Part shown: piece by piece, positions 9,083 to 18,920 of the stretch
Numbering within the stretch: position 1 is the first letter of the stretch
How the letters are laid out: each line of letters starts with the position of its first letter
Origin: Gemmatimonadota bacterium
GTDB lineage: Bacteria; Gemmatimonadota; Gemmatimonadetes; Palauibacterales; Palauibacteraceae
DNA length: 64,000 bases
Reading direction: 5' to 3'
Assembly (NCBI GenBank): GCA_039589875.1
Contig: JBDHGL010000003.1
Location: 4,035-68,034, forward strand
Notes under the pieces: model-generated
Database searches by the model: none
What the model saw: only the letters and a program-made list of their open reading frames with translations
What the model was told of the DNA's origin: nothing
Made by a program: the position numbers and the translations under genes

Positions 9083-9673
9083 GGAGCCTCCGGTGAGGTT
9101 TTGGGGTCGGCAGACCAGCGCGTGGCGACTGCCTTGGCCAGCTCCCGCGTGGCGTCGAGGACGGGAACGGGCTCGTTCAGCGCGCCGGGTCCCTGCACCG
9201 GCGCGACGCTGATGTCGGTGCAAGCAATCAGGGCGCCGTCCGCCCCTCTTCTTTTACCGCTTCGAGCACCCGAGACCAGGCGTCCCGAAGCTGCACGCCG
9301 GGCATGCCGCGCTTGACGCCGAAAAGCAGGTCGTCGACGCTCGCTTGAAGCGGCTCGCTCCACACCTCTTCTCGACCCGACAGGTGCAGCCGGTCCCGGT
9401 AGACGGCTGCCTCGACGGTAGCTCGCGTAGCCAGCAGGGCCGGCCGATGCACGTTCTCATCGAGAGATCCGATCGCCTCGTCGATCATGTTCAAGACGGG
9501 AGCGCGCGCTGCCGTTTCGATATCGGCGAAGTAGATATGAGCGGTGTTGCAGGGGGTCGCGATGAACCGTACGCCGGGGCTGTCGAGCGCACACCCATCC
9601 CCGCGAGAATCCCTATGGGGCTTCCCCTCGCGGCGTTCGCGTCGTATCGGTATCGCTGATTCAGATCTTCCAT
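9079..9673 (-). pseudogene. Disrupted aspartate/glutamate racemase
   Basis: Motifs are split across frame changes: IGILAGMGVRSTAP joins directly to GVRFIATPCNTAH (deletion plus frameshift near 9575), then a 1-nt loss near 9243 precedes ADGALIACTDIS..VLDAT. Confidence 0.75.
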
Positions 9674-9789
9674 GCCGCCTGCCGCTCGATCGTAATGCCC
9701 ACCGGGGAAGCTGCGCGAGGGCGGCTCGGGTTCCAATTTGGACGTATGGTGAGCAGGCGACCGAAGCGGGAAGCGTCGAGGCATTGGCG

Positions 9790-10725
9790 GTGAGCGATTT
9801 GGAAAGGCGGCCGAATCCGTTCGCCGACACGAGGCTGGATCGTGCGCCGGACCTCCGCCGCGAGCCGGAGTGGCTGGTTGATAGGCTGCAGGATCCGGCG
9901 AGCAGGCTGGTTCCCGTTTGGCGGGCCCGCAGTCTGGTTACGAGAGGCGTGGCTCCCGAAGCGGTCACGCTCAGGCCGGGCGACACCCAGCTCCCCGGCG
10001 CGGATCGGATCGGACTGGTCTTCCTCGGGCTGGAGAATGGCGCGGCCCGGTTCGCCGTCGACCTTTCATCATTGGACGATCCGCTCGCTCAGCTGGCGGC
10101 CGGTGACTCCGAGTTCCTGGACCTCCACCAGATCGGCGCGCTACTCAGCCAGAGGGACGGGGCGTTGCTGGCGTACGCCCGGGGGATGATTCACTGGCAC
10201 CGACGGCACCTCTACTGCGGTCGCTGTGGGAACGAGACCATCAGCGTGGAGGGAGGGCACATCCGTCGCTGTGCGAACGACGATTGCGGGATCCAGCATT
10301 TCCCGCGTACCGACCCCGCGATCATCGTCCTCGTGACCGATCGCGATGCATGTCTGCTAGGTCGCCAGAAGCTATGGCCCTCGGCCGTGTATTCGACGCT
10401 GGCCGGATTTGTCGAGCCGGGCGAGAGCGTAGGAGAGGCGGTGGTGCGCGAAGTGGCAGAAGAGACCGGAGTCCCCGTGACTAAGGTGAGCTATCACTCT
10501 TCCCAGCCCTGGCCGTTTCCCTCGTCCCTCATGCTCGGGTTCACTGCCACGGGCAAGCGGTTGGTCCCGAGGGTCGATGGGACCGAGCTGGAAGCTGCCC
10601 GCTGGTTCGAACGCGAAGAACTCCTCTCGGCGCTGGAGACCGGAGCGGTCCGGCTGCCGTCCGACGTCTCTATCGCCAGACGGCTGATAGCGGAGTGGCT
10701 GGATGAGACGTCGGGCGGCCGTTAA
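9790..10725 (+). CDS. nudC: NAD(+) diphosphatase / NAD-cap decapping enzyme
   Basis: Zn ribbon CGRCG..C...C, FPRTDPAII, Nudix box GFVEPGE..EAVVREVAEETG, SQPWPFPSS. Confidence 0.95.
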   Translation: MSDLERRPNPFADTRLDRAPDLRREPEWLVDRLQDPASRLVPVWRARSLVTRGVAPEAVTLRPGDTQLPGADRIGLVFLGLENGAARFAVDLSSLDDPLAQLAAGDSEFLDLHQIGALLSQRDGALLAYARGMIHWHRRHLYCGRCGNETISVEGGHIRRCANDDCGIQHFPRTDPAIIVLVTDRDACLLGRQKLWPSAVYSTLAGFVEPGESVGEAVVREVAEETGVPVTKVSYHSSQPWPFPSSLMLGFTATGKRLVPRVDGTELEAARWFEREELLSALETGAVRLPSDVSIARRLIAEWLDETSGGR

Positions 10726-10729
10726 GGGA

Positions 10730-12013
10730 TCAGCGTTCGGTTTGGCCCGTCTTCTCAGCGGTCCGGTCGTCGGAAGTCGCGTCTCCTTCTTCCGTGTCTC
10801 TCTCGAGCGCAACAGTCCCTTCCGGTGACGCTGCCCTCGGCGCGTCGTCACCGATCTCGCCGCGGCCGTTTTCCTCTTCCGACGGGTCAGGTGCTTTCTG
10901 ATGCGACAGCAGGGAGTTGAATGCGTTCAGTACGTCCGGATTGAGATCGGTCCCCGAGATCTCGCCGAAGTAGCCTATGATTCTCTCGATAGGCCAGGGC
11001 CCTCGGAACGGACGTTCGGTTCGAAGCGCGTCGAAGATGTCGCAGATTTGGACCATCTGGCTGACCGGGTGCGGACGCCGGGGGAAACGCAGGTTGGGGT
11101 ACCCTCCACCCTGCCATGTAAGGTGGTGCTCGTAGGCGACGACGGCGGCGAACTCCATGCTGCCTCCCGAGCGAAGGATGATTCGGGCACCTTCCTCCGG
11201 ATGTCGCTTGATGATCTCCCACTCGTCAGGGGAGAGCTTGCCCGGCTTCTGAAGAACCTCGATCGGCGTATGCGCCTTGCCCAGGTCGTGCAGCAATGCC
11301 GCTTCGCCGATGTCTCTCACGTCGTCCGGGGATGTCCCGAGAGACTCGGCTAACGACATCGAGAGAACCGAGACGTTGAGTGAGTGGACCGTCGTATACT
11401 CGTCGTGATGACGGACAGGCACGAGAAGCTCCATCAGGGGTCGTCCGTACTGCAGCACGACCGACAGAGACTGAACCACCGCGCGAGCCACGGCGAGCGA
11501 GACCAGTCCCCGGTTTTCTGCTTGTCCAAACAGGTGGTCGACGGCCTGAGTTTCCTCGTCCATCTCCGGCCCGCTCGGATCGGCTTCCTCGGCCTCGGTC
11601 AGCCGCTTGGCTTCGTCGACCGCGATCGACCCGATCCGCATGTGAGGCAACTCGACTCTGGCCCGGTCCTCGGCGTCGGCATCGGTTGGTTCGAGAATCC
11701 GGATGAGGGCGTTCAGGAAAAGATCGAACTCTTCCCGGTCGACTCTTATCGTGATCTCGATGCGCTCGGCACCGGCCTCCGCCAACGAGCCGGCCCAGTG
11801 CCAGTCGCGCAGCTCGCGGAGCCTCCTGTTCGCGAAGATTACCTCGCCCTCCAAAAAAGAGTACTGGACGAGCGAAGATTCCCCCACGAGCGCTTCGAGC
11901 GAGACGAACGCGCCGTCGGCTGCCGATCGAAACGCCGGGTGCTCGTCGCCGTACAAGCCGGCCGCAGAGAGGGTTTGGCCGAGAGCGATCAGGAAATCCG
12001 CTTCTGTCGTCAC
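10730..12013 (-). CDS. HD-GYP phosphodiesterase with unannotated N-terminal domain (module 1)
   Basis: EYTTVHSLNV, HDLGK, KPGKLSPDEW..IKRHP, HH..WQGGGYP, CDIFDALRTERPFR. GTG start overlaps the HEAT gene stop. Confidence 0.9.
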   Translation of the reverse strand: MTTEADFLIALGQTLSAAGLYGDEHPAFRSAADGAFVSLEALVGESSLVQYSFLEGEVIFANRRLRELRDWHWAGSLAEAGAERIEITIRVDREEFDLFLNALIRILEPTDADAEDRARVELPHMRIGSIAVDEAKRLTEAEEADPSGPEMDEETQAVDHLFGQAENRGLVSLAVARAVVQSLSVVLQYGRPLMELLVPVRHHDEYTTVHSLNVSVLSMSLAESLGTSPDDVRDIGEAALLHDLGKAHTPIEVLQKPGKLSPDEWEIIKRHPEEGARIILRSGGSMEFAAVVAYEHHLTWQGGGYPNLRFPRRPHPVSQMVQICDIFDALRTERPFRGPWPIERIIGYFGEISGTDLNPDVLNAFNSLLSHQKAPDPSEEENGRGEIGDDAPRAASPEGTVALERDTEEGDATSDDRTAEKTGQTER

Positions 12014-14001
12014 GTGACCGCCTCGGGCGACGGCGTTCCGACTGCCGTGCGGATCTTCCGGTCTTCGGAGGATTCGGCCTGCTCCAGAATGTCTCGAGCC
12101 CTCGGCAGGTGCCGGTAGCGTTCCCGTATGCAGGCTAGCGCCTCGACGACCACGGGACTCGGGGGTGCGATGATTCTGCTCAGGAGCCAGCGACGTTGCG
12201 TGGCGGCGCGAACCAGAGCGTCGAGTGCTGATTCCGTCCTGCATTGCGACAGGGCGCGAACCGCCTTCACGCGGAGCTGGACGGGCAAGTCGCGGTCTGT
12301 GGCGTGTTGCCGCAGAAGCGGCTCGGCCGAGGAGGGAGCATTCTGTTCCGCTGCCGCGAGGCCGATCGCCAACAGGCGCGTATCCGACTCGCCTAGCGCT
12401 GCGAGGATCGCCTGATCGAGGTCACGCTCATGACGGATGGCCAGCCGATAGGCTTCTCCTCTGACGTTCGGGTCGGAGTGCTCCAGAAACGGGGCCACGC
12501 TCAGCCCCGCCGGACAGGTCCCGAGCTCGTTCAACACCGACAGCAGATAGGCTGTCGCTTCGGGCCGATCAGCATCCAGGCGTGCCACGACGGCACCGGC
12601 AATGACGGGTCCGAGCCCGCTGACGCGCCGAACGATCTCGTCGCGCACGTTCGACCGGCCGGTCCTTTGCAGCGCGTCCAGCAGCGGTTCGGCCGCCCCG
12701 ACGCCGATCCTGGCGAGCAGTCGGTCGACGGTAGCGAAGTTCGGCTTGTCTCCCTCCAGAACCTGCGTCAGGGTTTGTTGGGTGGCGACTTCCCTCCACA
12801 TCACCTCGGCCACCTGGCTTCCTTCGGATGCTGCCTCGAGAAATCCGAGTAGCTCGACCAGGCGCGTTCCGCACAGGTCACGAAGGGCCTGCGCGACCAT
12901 CCCTCCCATCATCTCCAGCTCGAGACCCATCATCACCAAGCGGTCGGCGAAGTAAGGCCGCTCCTGCGCCGGAGTGGTGGCCTGAGCCGCCGTACTCTTG
13001 GCCATCTGGCCCAACGTGTTCTGGTAGGCAGCTGGGCGCGGATCCTCCAGTTGCCAGTCATCGACCAGCTCGTGAACGACTTCGCGCAGCGCCTCATCGG
13101 AACCGGGGTGGCTCTCGCTGGCAGAGCTCTCGGCGTAGTGGGTGAGCTTCGTGAGCAGCCGCAGGAGCCAAGGTCCGATCGGTTGCGTCTGTGAGGCGGA
13201 GGCGGCCTCGATGAGATCGATCGCGGCTCGAGGATTCAACTGGTTGGTGCTATGTCGAACGAGCTTGGCGGCGAAAGCGGCGTCACGCGAGCCGAGCAGA
13301 CGCTTCAGATCCTCCGGCGGGAGGTCATGGAGGAGGTTGGCCATTCGGGCCGAGGCGGCCTGATCGGCGTCGAGCTCTCCGATCTCCGCGGCGATCTCGA
13401 GCAGCTCGGGCGAAAACTCGATGTCCGCCAACGCGGCGGCGGCCTCATCGATCTCTTCCCGATCGAGCACCGGCTCTCGGTCGGGCTCGCCGCCGGTCTC
13501 CTCCTCCTTCGAGACGGGCGCCCCGAGCGTGATCGGCGCGCTTTCGTCGACGGTCCGACTCGTCTCCTCCTCTCCGAGCCTGAGCGCCTCGTATTCCACC
13601 GGCTCGATCCGGAGGTGCATCCAGGAGGGGAGGGACTCGGCGGGTTCAAGACCGATCGGCCGTCCACGACGCTCGGCGTCTACCGCGAGCTCGCGAAGGA
13701 AAGCATCCACCTCATCGACTTCAGCTCCAGGCGCAAAGTGGAGCGCGGCGATCTGGTGGTTGTGAAGCCGTCCCGCGAGGGAATCGATGAGGGCTCGGCC
13801 GGGTTTGGTCTCCTCTCCAGCCACGATCAGTCGGTCTTTCGCTACTGAGATCGTCAACGGGCCGGTTTCCCCCAGCACATCGTCCAGATGGAAGACGAGA
13901 TCGGTCGACACCGACTCGAGCGCCGGATGGCCGGTCGGATACATCGAATGCTTTTGGACCGCCACAGCCAGCTCGTTTAGGAGCTTTTCGACGTTGGGCA
14001 T
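12010..14001 (-). CDS. HEAT-repeat protein (module 1)
   Basis: Helical repeats such as AAEPLLDAL..RSNVRDEIV, FLEHSDPNVRGEAY and LRVKAVRAL. Start MPNVEKLL at 14001; the longer ORF-track extension is antisense to another gene. Confidence 0.8.
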   Translation of the reverse strand: MPNVEKLLNELAVAVQKHSMYPTGHPALESVSTDLVFHLDDVLGETGPLTISVAKDRLIVAGEETKPGRALIDSLAGRLHNHQIAALHFAPGAEVDEVDAFLRELAVDAERRGRPIGLEPAESLPSWMHLRIEPVEYEALRLGEEETSRTVDESAPITLGAPVSKEEETGGEPDREPVLDREEIDEAAAALADIEFSPELLEIAAEIGELDADQAASARMANLLHDLPPEDLKRLLGSRDAAFAAKLVRHSTNQLNPRAAIDLIEAASASQTQPIGPWLLRLLTKLTHYAESSASESHPGSDEALREVVHELVDDWQLEDPRPAAYQNTLGQMAKSTAAQATTPAQERPYFADRLVMMGLELEMMGGMVAQALRDLCGTRLVELLGFLEAASEGSQVAEVMWREVATQQTLTQVLEGDKPNFATVDRLLARIGVGAAEPLLDALQRTGRSNVRDEIVRRVSGLGPVIAGAVVARLDADRPEATAYLLSVLNELGTCPAGLSVAPFLEHSDPNVRGEAYRLAIRHERDLDQAILAALGESDTRLLAIGLAAAEQNAPSSAEPLLRQHATDRDLPVQLRVKAVRALSQCRTESALDALVRAATQRRWLLSRIIAPPSPVVVEALACIRERYRHLPRARDILEQAESSEDRKIRTAVGTPSPEAVT

Positions 14002-14184
14002 AGACGACCGGGTGGCACATGCGCAGAGCACGCCGTCTGCGCCGGTGAACGGACGGCCCGGCGTGCCAGGGAAACAGCCGCAAGATAACGTGGGCGACCG
14101 GTCGACCGGCAAGACGGGAAGATGAGAACACGCCGTAAGGTCTCGGTGTTTCAGTATCTCGTGAACAGGTTTGTCCGTACGTCG

Positions 14185-15690
14185 ATGAGAAACCAAGCGC
14201 TCGTGATCGGGCTGGTGCTGGGCGTGCAAGCATGTGGAGCACCGCCGAGTGAACGCGCGACAGGTCCAGTTGCGGAAGCTATCGAGGCATCGATCGCTTC
14301 CGGCACCGAGCCGTTCGACCATTCCACGTGGGATCGTCTGCTGGGCGGCGGCACTCGCGACGGTCTGGTCGACTACCGATTCTTTCAAGCCCATGAATCT
14401 GAACTGAACGAGTATCTCGCTCAGCTCGCAGAGGCCGATGCCGCCCGCCTCGCTCCGTCCCATCTCGAGGCTCTGTTGATCAACGCGTACAACGCTCTGA
14501 CGATCCGCGCGATTCTGGACCATCCGAGCGTCACGTCGATCCGTCAGATCGACGGGGTGTGGACGAGGCTCCGCTTTCCCGTAGCCGGGCACCGGCTGAC
14601 TCTGGATGAGATCGAGCACAACCTTCTCCGGCCGTTTTTCCGGGATCCGAGGATCCATTTTGCGGTCAACTGCGCCTCGCTCTCCTGCGCGCCGCTTCCG
14701 CCCTGGGCGTTCGATGGGGCCGTGCTCGACGCACAGCTCGAGGAGCGCACCCGAGCCTTTTTGACGAATAGCGAGAACGCGCGACTCGAGGATGGCCTGC
14801 TCTTTCTCTCCCGGTACTTCGATTGGTATGCAGAGGACTTCGTATCGGAAGGCTGGAATCCGCGTGCCGCGACCGTGTCCCTGTTCGTGGCGCGCTACGC
14901 AGGGTCCGAGGTGGCGGAGGCGATCGAGCGGGGGGGGACGACGTCGATCCGGTTCACGGAGTACGACTGGTCGCTCAACGCGCTCCAGCCGCCCGCACTC
15001 GATCGCGGCGGTGCGGACGACGCGGCAGAAGGCGGGATTGCGAGCTGGCTGCGCGACCGCGTCAGCGGCTTTGGAACCGCCGGCCCCCTCATCTACGGGA
15101 TCGCGTACGTCCTGGGCGTCGTCCTCTTCCTTCCCGGTGCTGCCCTGACGATAGGCGCAGGCATCGCATTCGGCCTGGGCAAGGGAACCGTGCTGGTGTC
15201 TCTGGCTTCGACGACGGGCGCCGCTCTCGCCTTTCTCATCGCCCGCTACCTGCTTCGGACGCGCGTGGAAGGCTGGGTGGCCGGCCACGACCGATTTGCC
15301 GCCGTCGACAGGGCGGTGGAATCCCAGGGCTGGAAGGTCGTGGCACTCACCCGACTGTCGCCCGCCTTCCCGTTCAACCTGCAGAACTACGCATACGGGC
15401 TGACGGGCGTCTCCTTCACCCATTACGTGCTGGCGTCCTGGATTGCCATGCTACCGGGGACGCTGCTCTACGTGTCGATCGGTGTCACCGGCGTCGAGTT
15501 GGCCTCGGCGGCCACCGGTGCGGCCGGGTGGGGTGCCACTCTTCTTCGGATCCTCGGGTTCGTCGCCACCGTCGCGGTCGTCGTGCTGGTCGCAGCGGCC
15601 GCCAGGCGGGAGCTGCGAGCGGTCGTGGCTGAGGTGGATCCACGGCCGGTGGCCGCGGTCGATTCATCGTCAGAGGCGGCGGGTGTCTGA
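14185..15690 (+). CDS. DUF547 + VTT/TVP38 (DedA superfamily) fusion, predicted lipoprotein with membrane domain
   Basis: LGVQAC lipobox-like; G.VDY..INAYNA..LDEIEH..DPRIHFAVNCASLSC; LS.YFDWY..DF; YDWSLN; then PG..LT..AG..FG, RLSPAFPFNLQNY..GLT, PGT. Confidence 0.85.
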   Translation: MRNQALVIGLVLGVQACGAPPSERATGPVAEAIEASIASGTEPFDHSTWDRLLGGGTRDGLVDYRFFQAHESELNEYLAQLAEADAARLAPSHLEALLINAYNALTIRAILDHPSVTSIRQIDGVWTRLRFPVAGHRLTLDEIEHNLLRPFFRDPRIHFAVNCASLSCAPLPPWAFDGAVLDAQLEERTRAFLTNSENARLEDGLLFLSRYFDWYAEDFVSEGWNPRAATVSLFVARYAGSEVAEAIERGGTTSIRFTEYDWSLNALQPPALDRGGADDAAEGGIASWLRDRVSGFGTAGPLIYGIAYVLGVVLFLPGAALTIGAGIAFGLGKGTVLVSLASTTGAALAFLIARYLLRTRVEGWVAGHDRFAAVDRAVESQGWKVVALTRLSPAFPFNLQNYAYGLTGVSFTHYVLASWIAMLPGTLLYVSIGVTGVELASAATGAAGWGATLLRILGFVATVAVVVLVAAAARRELRAVVAEVDPRPVAAVDSSSEAAGV

Positions 15691-16423
15691 ACCCCACACG
15701 CTGATGGTCGCTCTCGCACATCCGGACGACGAGATCGGTGCGGCTGGAAGCATTCTGGCCCAACTCGCGCGCGGCGACCGGGTGGTCATCCTCTGGCTCA
15801 CGAGGGGCGAGATGACCGAGGCGTTCGGGGACGTGCCGATCGAAGAGGTGGCGCGACGGCGAATCGAGCAGGGCGAGGAGGCCTCCGAGCTGCTCGGTGC
15901 CGAATCGCGCTTTCTGGATCTCCCGGACACGGCTCTGTCCGCGACGCCGGAAGCGGCGCGTCAGGTCGCACGGGTCATAGCCGACGTGCAGCCGGACGGG
16001 ATCGTGACTTGGGGCGAGGCCTGGCTTCGCGGGCCGCGCCATCCCGATCACCAGGCATGCGGCAAGATCGTGCGCGACGCCGTTACGCTAGCCCGTATTC
16101 AGAAGGTGATCGAGCCGGCCGAGCCCCATCGAGAGCCCGTGCCGGTGTTCACCTATCGAGGCGAGCACTCTCACCTGCCTGCCGTCGTCGTGGATGTGGA
16201 GCCGTATCTTGAAAGCGTGCTCGATCTTGGCCGCTTCTATACGGAGCGGGTAGGGTTCGGCCATCCGGAGTGGTTGGAGGCGCGGTTGGCCGAGACGGGC
16301 AGGCGGTGGGGCCTGCGGTATGCCGAGGAGTTCGACGCTTGGGAGACCCGGCCGGGAATCGGCTCGGCGCTGCTGCCGGCGGAGCGGGCGGGCCGTCCGT
16401 CCCCGCCCGAGCGGTCCGTTTAG
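15683..16423 (+). CDS. PIG-L/LmbE family deacetylase (BshB/MshB-like)
   Basis: AHPDDE, LTRGE, HPDH motifs. Start overlaps the upstream stop by 8 nt. Confidence 0.88.
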   Translation: MSEPHTLMVALAHPDDEIGAAGSILAQLARGDRVVILWLTRGEMTEAFGDVPIEEVARRRIEQGEEASELLGAESRFLDLPDTALSATPEAARQVARVIADVQPDGIVTWGEAWLRGPRHPDHQACGKIVRDAVTLARIQKVIEPAEPHREPVPVFTYRGEHSHLPAVVVDVEPYLESVLDLGRFYTERVGFGHPEWLEARLAETGRRWGLRYAEEFDAWETRPGIGSALLPAERAGRPSPPERSV

Positions 16424-17499
16424 AGCGTCCGCTCGGTCGCCGAGCGGACAACCTGTCGATCATCGAGCCGCGCCAGATCGTAGACGGGGATGTCGTCGAC
16501 GTCCGTGTCCAGCCAGCGCCGGAGGATCAGGCTGAGAACCATCTCGTCCGGCTGCAGGATTCCATCCATGCCGAGCTCGCGGACGCGAATCGCATAGCAG
16601 GCGTCAGCTACGGCTTCCTGCCAGACGCCATCCTGGACGGCCACGCTCCGAGAGCGAAGGACTTTGCCGAGCGCAACCGGCAGGAGGACCCGCCGCTCGG
16701 GCTTGTGGTCCGGCAGGATCACCAGCAACGAAGCTTGTTGTCCGGGTCGAGCCAGAACGCTGCGGTAGGATTCCAGCTCATCGAGCCAAACCAAGCGGCG
16801 TCCGGCGGACGGTGGAATCGACTGGCCGGCGGCACCGTTGCCTGCGCTCTGTTCCACGAGGCGAGCCCGAAGGCGACGGGCCGCGCCGGCATCGGCGAGG
16901 ACTTCGATCGCGTCTCGCACCCGATTTCGATACTCGTTCAACCCGGAAACGCCGATGCAGGGCGCCGAGCAGGTACCGATGCCGTGACGGAGACAGGCCG
17001 GCCCGCGCGGGTCGGGTCGGATCGCGCCGGTGCAGCTCCGCAGGCCAAAGAGATCCTCGAGGAGCCGGGCGATCTCGAGCGGCAGGCGCCGACCGGCGAA
17101 AGGCCCGAAGTAACGGGCGGACGCGCGTCGCGGGCTGTGAACGAGGAGCGGCCTGGGAAACGGCTCCCCCTCGTCGATCTCGAGGTACCAGCCGCGCCAC
17201 CTGTTCTTGAGCGCCCGATTCAGCCGTGGGCGGTGCTTCAAGATCGCCCGCGCCTCGAGCAGTCGGGCTTCCAGGTCCGAGCCCGTTTGCCGATACGAGA
17301 CTGCCCGCGCCAGTAGCCCGAGCTCCGTGAGCCGGCCGGCCTGGCCGCCTCCATAGAAGTGGCCACGCACCCGACGTCGCAGGTTTACGCTCTTTCCGAT
17401 GTAGAGGGGCGCGTCCCGTTCACCAAGGAACCGGTAAACACCGGGCGCGCGCGGCAGATCGCGCGGTACCCAGTCGGGAACTGGAGTAGGTCGGGGCAT
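16420..17499 (-). CDS. Cho/UvrC-N-like GIY-YIG endonuclease
   Basis: LPRAPGVYRF..LYIGKSVNLRRRVRGHF, EARLLEA, PRLN, YFGPF, LRSC..CLRHGIGTCSAPC. No RNase H or HhH domain. Confidence 0.85.
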   Translation of the reverse strand: MPRPTPVPDWVPRDLPRAPGVYRFLGERDAPLYIGKSVNLRRRVRGHFYGGGQAGRLTELGLLARAVSYRQTGSDLEARLLEARAILKHRPRLNRALKNRWRGWYLEIDEGEPFPRPLLVHSPRRASARYFGPFAGRRLPLEIARLLEDLFGLRSCTGAIRPDPRGPACLRHGIGTCSAPCIGVSGLNEYRNRVRDAIEVLADAGAARRLRARLVEQSAGNGAAGQSIPPSAGRRLVWLDELESYRSVLARPGQQASLLVILPDHKPERRVLLPVALGKVLRSRSVAVQDGVWQEAVADACYAIRVRELGMDGILQPDEMVLSLILRRWLDTDVDDIPVYDLARLDDRQVVRSATERTL

Positions 17500-17594
17500 G
17501 TGCGGCTGTTCGTTCGGCGGATCGGCGGGGGCTCGGGACCGAGCAAAACTGAACGGCGATCGATGACGACGCCAGAGCCCGGGGGCCCCGAGGA

Positions 17595-18920
17595 TCACAG
17601 GATCTCGAGCCAGTCCACCGTGGCCGTGGGCTCCGGCGCGAGAAGGCCTTCCGCCATCGCCTCCAGGCGCTCCTCGAGGCTGCCTCCTTCCTGGGCACGC
17701 AGCGCCGCGGCTGCCTCGCGCTCTGCCTGCTCCAGAACCGTCGTCTGGGGGCGGACGCTCGGAGTCTTGAACTCCATCTGCTGGACCATCTCCACGAACG
17801 TCTTGACGAGCGCCGGATGGAAGAAGACGCCGGCCCGTTTGCCCAAGAAGCGCAACGACTCCTCGGCGTCCATGGGCGGTCTGAAGGGGCGCCGGGTTCG
17901 GAGCGCATCGTACACGTCGCACACCTGGACGAGCCGGCTCACCGGATGCGGTTCGCGGCCGAAGATCGTGTCTGGGTAGCCGCGTCCCTCGTTCCCCATG
18001 TGGTGCTCATAGGCCACGGTCGCGGCGAGCGGGCTGCTCTGGCGCGACTCGAGCAGCAGACGGCAGCCAGCGATCGTGTGCTCCTCGATCACCTTTCGCT
18101 CATTCGGCGTGAGCACGCCCGGCTTGTTGAGGATCTCGTCCGGCGTCGTCGTCTTTCCGATGTCGTGCAGCATGGCTGCCTCACCGATCAGCCGAATCTC
18201 GTCGGGCCGGAAGCCCAGCTGTTCGGCGAAGGTCATGGAGAGGATCGCGACGTTCATGCAGTGAATGGCCGTGTACTGATCCCGTGACTTGATCGCGATC
18301 AGCCCCGAGCCGGAACGCTTCAGGCTCTCCATTGTCAACGCGAGGGACTCGACCGCCAGGCGCACTTCGGCGGTCGGCAGCAGCTCTGCGCTGCGCGCCT
18401 CGTTGTAGATCCACCGGACGGCGTCGAGCTCTTCATCGAGCTGTACCGGCTCCTCCGGCAGCCCGCCTTCCTCGTCCACCGTGGGCTCGACCCGGACGGT
18501 AAGCGTGCCGATCCGAATGTGGGGGAAGGCGGTACCGGCTGATTCGATAGGCTCGGGGTCCGGCGCGGTGAAGCGGCTCCGAACATGCTCGATGAATGAG
18601 TCGAGCTCGTCCAACTGGATTTCGGCCTGAATCTCGAGCCGCTGAATGCCGGACTCGTACAGCCGGCTTCCGAAGTCCCACGAGCGCATGTCGCGGAGCT
18701 CCAACTGCCCGTACAGCACTGCGTCGTCCAAAAAAGAAAACACCGGAGCGCCGTACTCGAAGAGGCTCCGGAGGTTGCTCCAGCTCTCGTCGAGTGCCTC
18801 GACGCGGGCCGGATGAGCCTTCGGGTACAGGCTGGCGGCCGAGAACAGGTGATTGAGGGAAGTGAGGAACTCGGCGGCGTCGACCGTCGCATGCCTTGGC
18901 ATCGAGCCTTCGGACGTCAT
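17595..18920 (-). CDS. HD-GYP phosphodiesterase with unannotated N-terminal domain (module 2)
   Basis: QYTAIHCMNV, HDIGK, KPGVLT, HH...EGRGYP, CDVYDALRTRRPFR. ATG overlaps the HEAT gene stop (ATGA). Confidence 0.9.
   Translation of the reverse strand: MTSEGSMPRHATVDAAEFLTSLNHLFSAASLYPKAHPARVEALDESWSNLRSLFEYGAPVFSFLDDAVLYGQLELRDMRSWDFGSRLYESGIQRLEIQAEIQLDELDSFIEHVRSRFTAPDPEPIESAGTAFPHIRIGTLTVRVEPTVDEEGGLPEEPVQLDEELDAVRWIYNEARSAELLPTAEVRLAVESLALTMESLKRSGSGLIAIKSRDQYTAIHCMNVAILSMTFAEQLGFRPDEIRLIGEAAMLHDIGKTTTPDEILNKPGVLTPNERKVIEEHTIAGCRLLLESRQSSPLAATVAYEHHMGNEGRGYPDTIFGREPHPVSRLVQVCDVYDALRTRRPFRPPMDAEESLRFLGKRAGVFFHPALVKTFVEMVQQMEFKTPSVRPQTTVLEQAEREAAAALRAQEGGSLEERLEAMAEGLLAPEPTATVDWLEIL

Noticed and set aside
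14002-15423. N-terminal extension making the HEAT gene a 1137-aa ORF
   Set aside because: It is antisense to the DUF547-VTT gene. Similarity to the paralog begins only at MPNVEKLL (14001).
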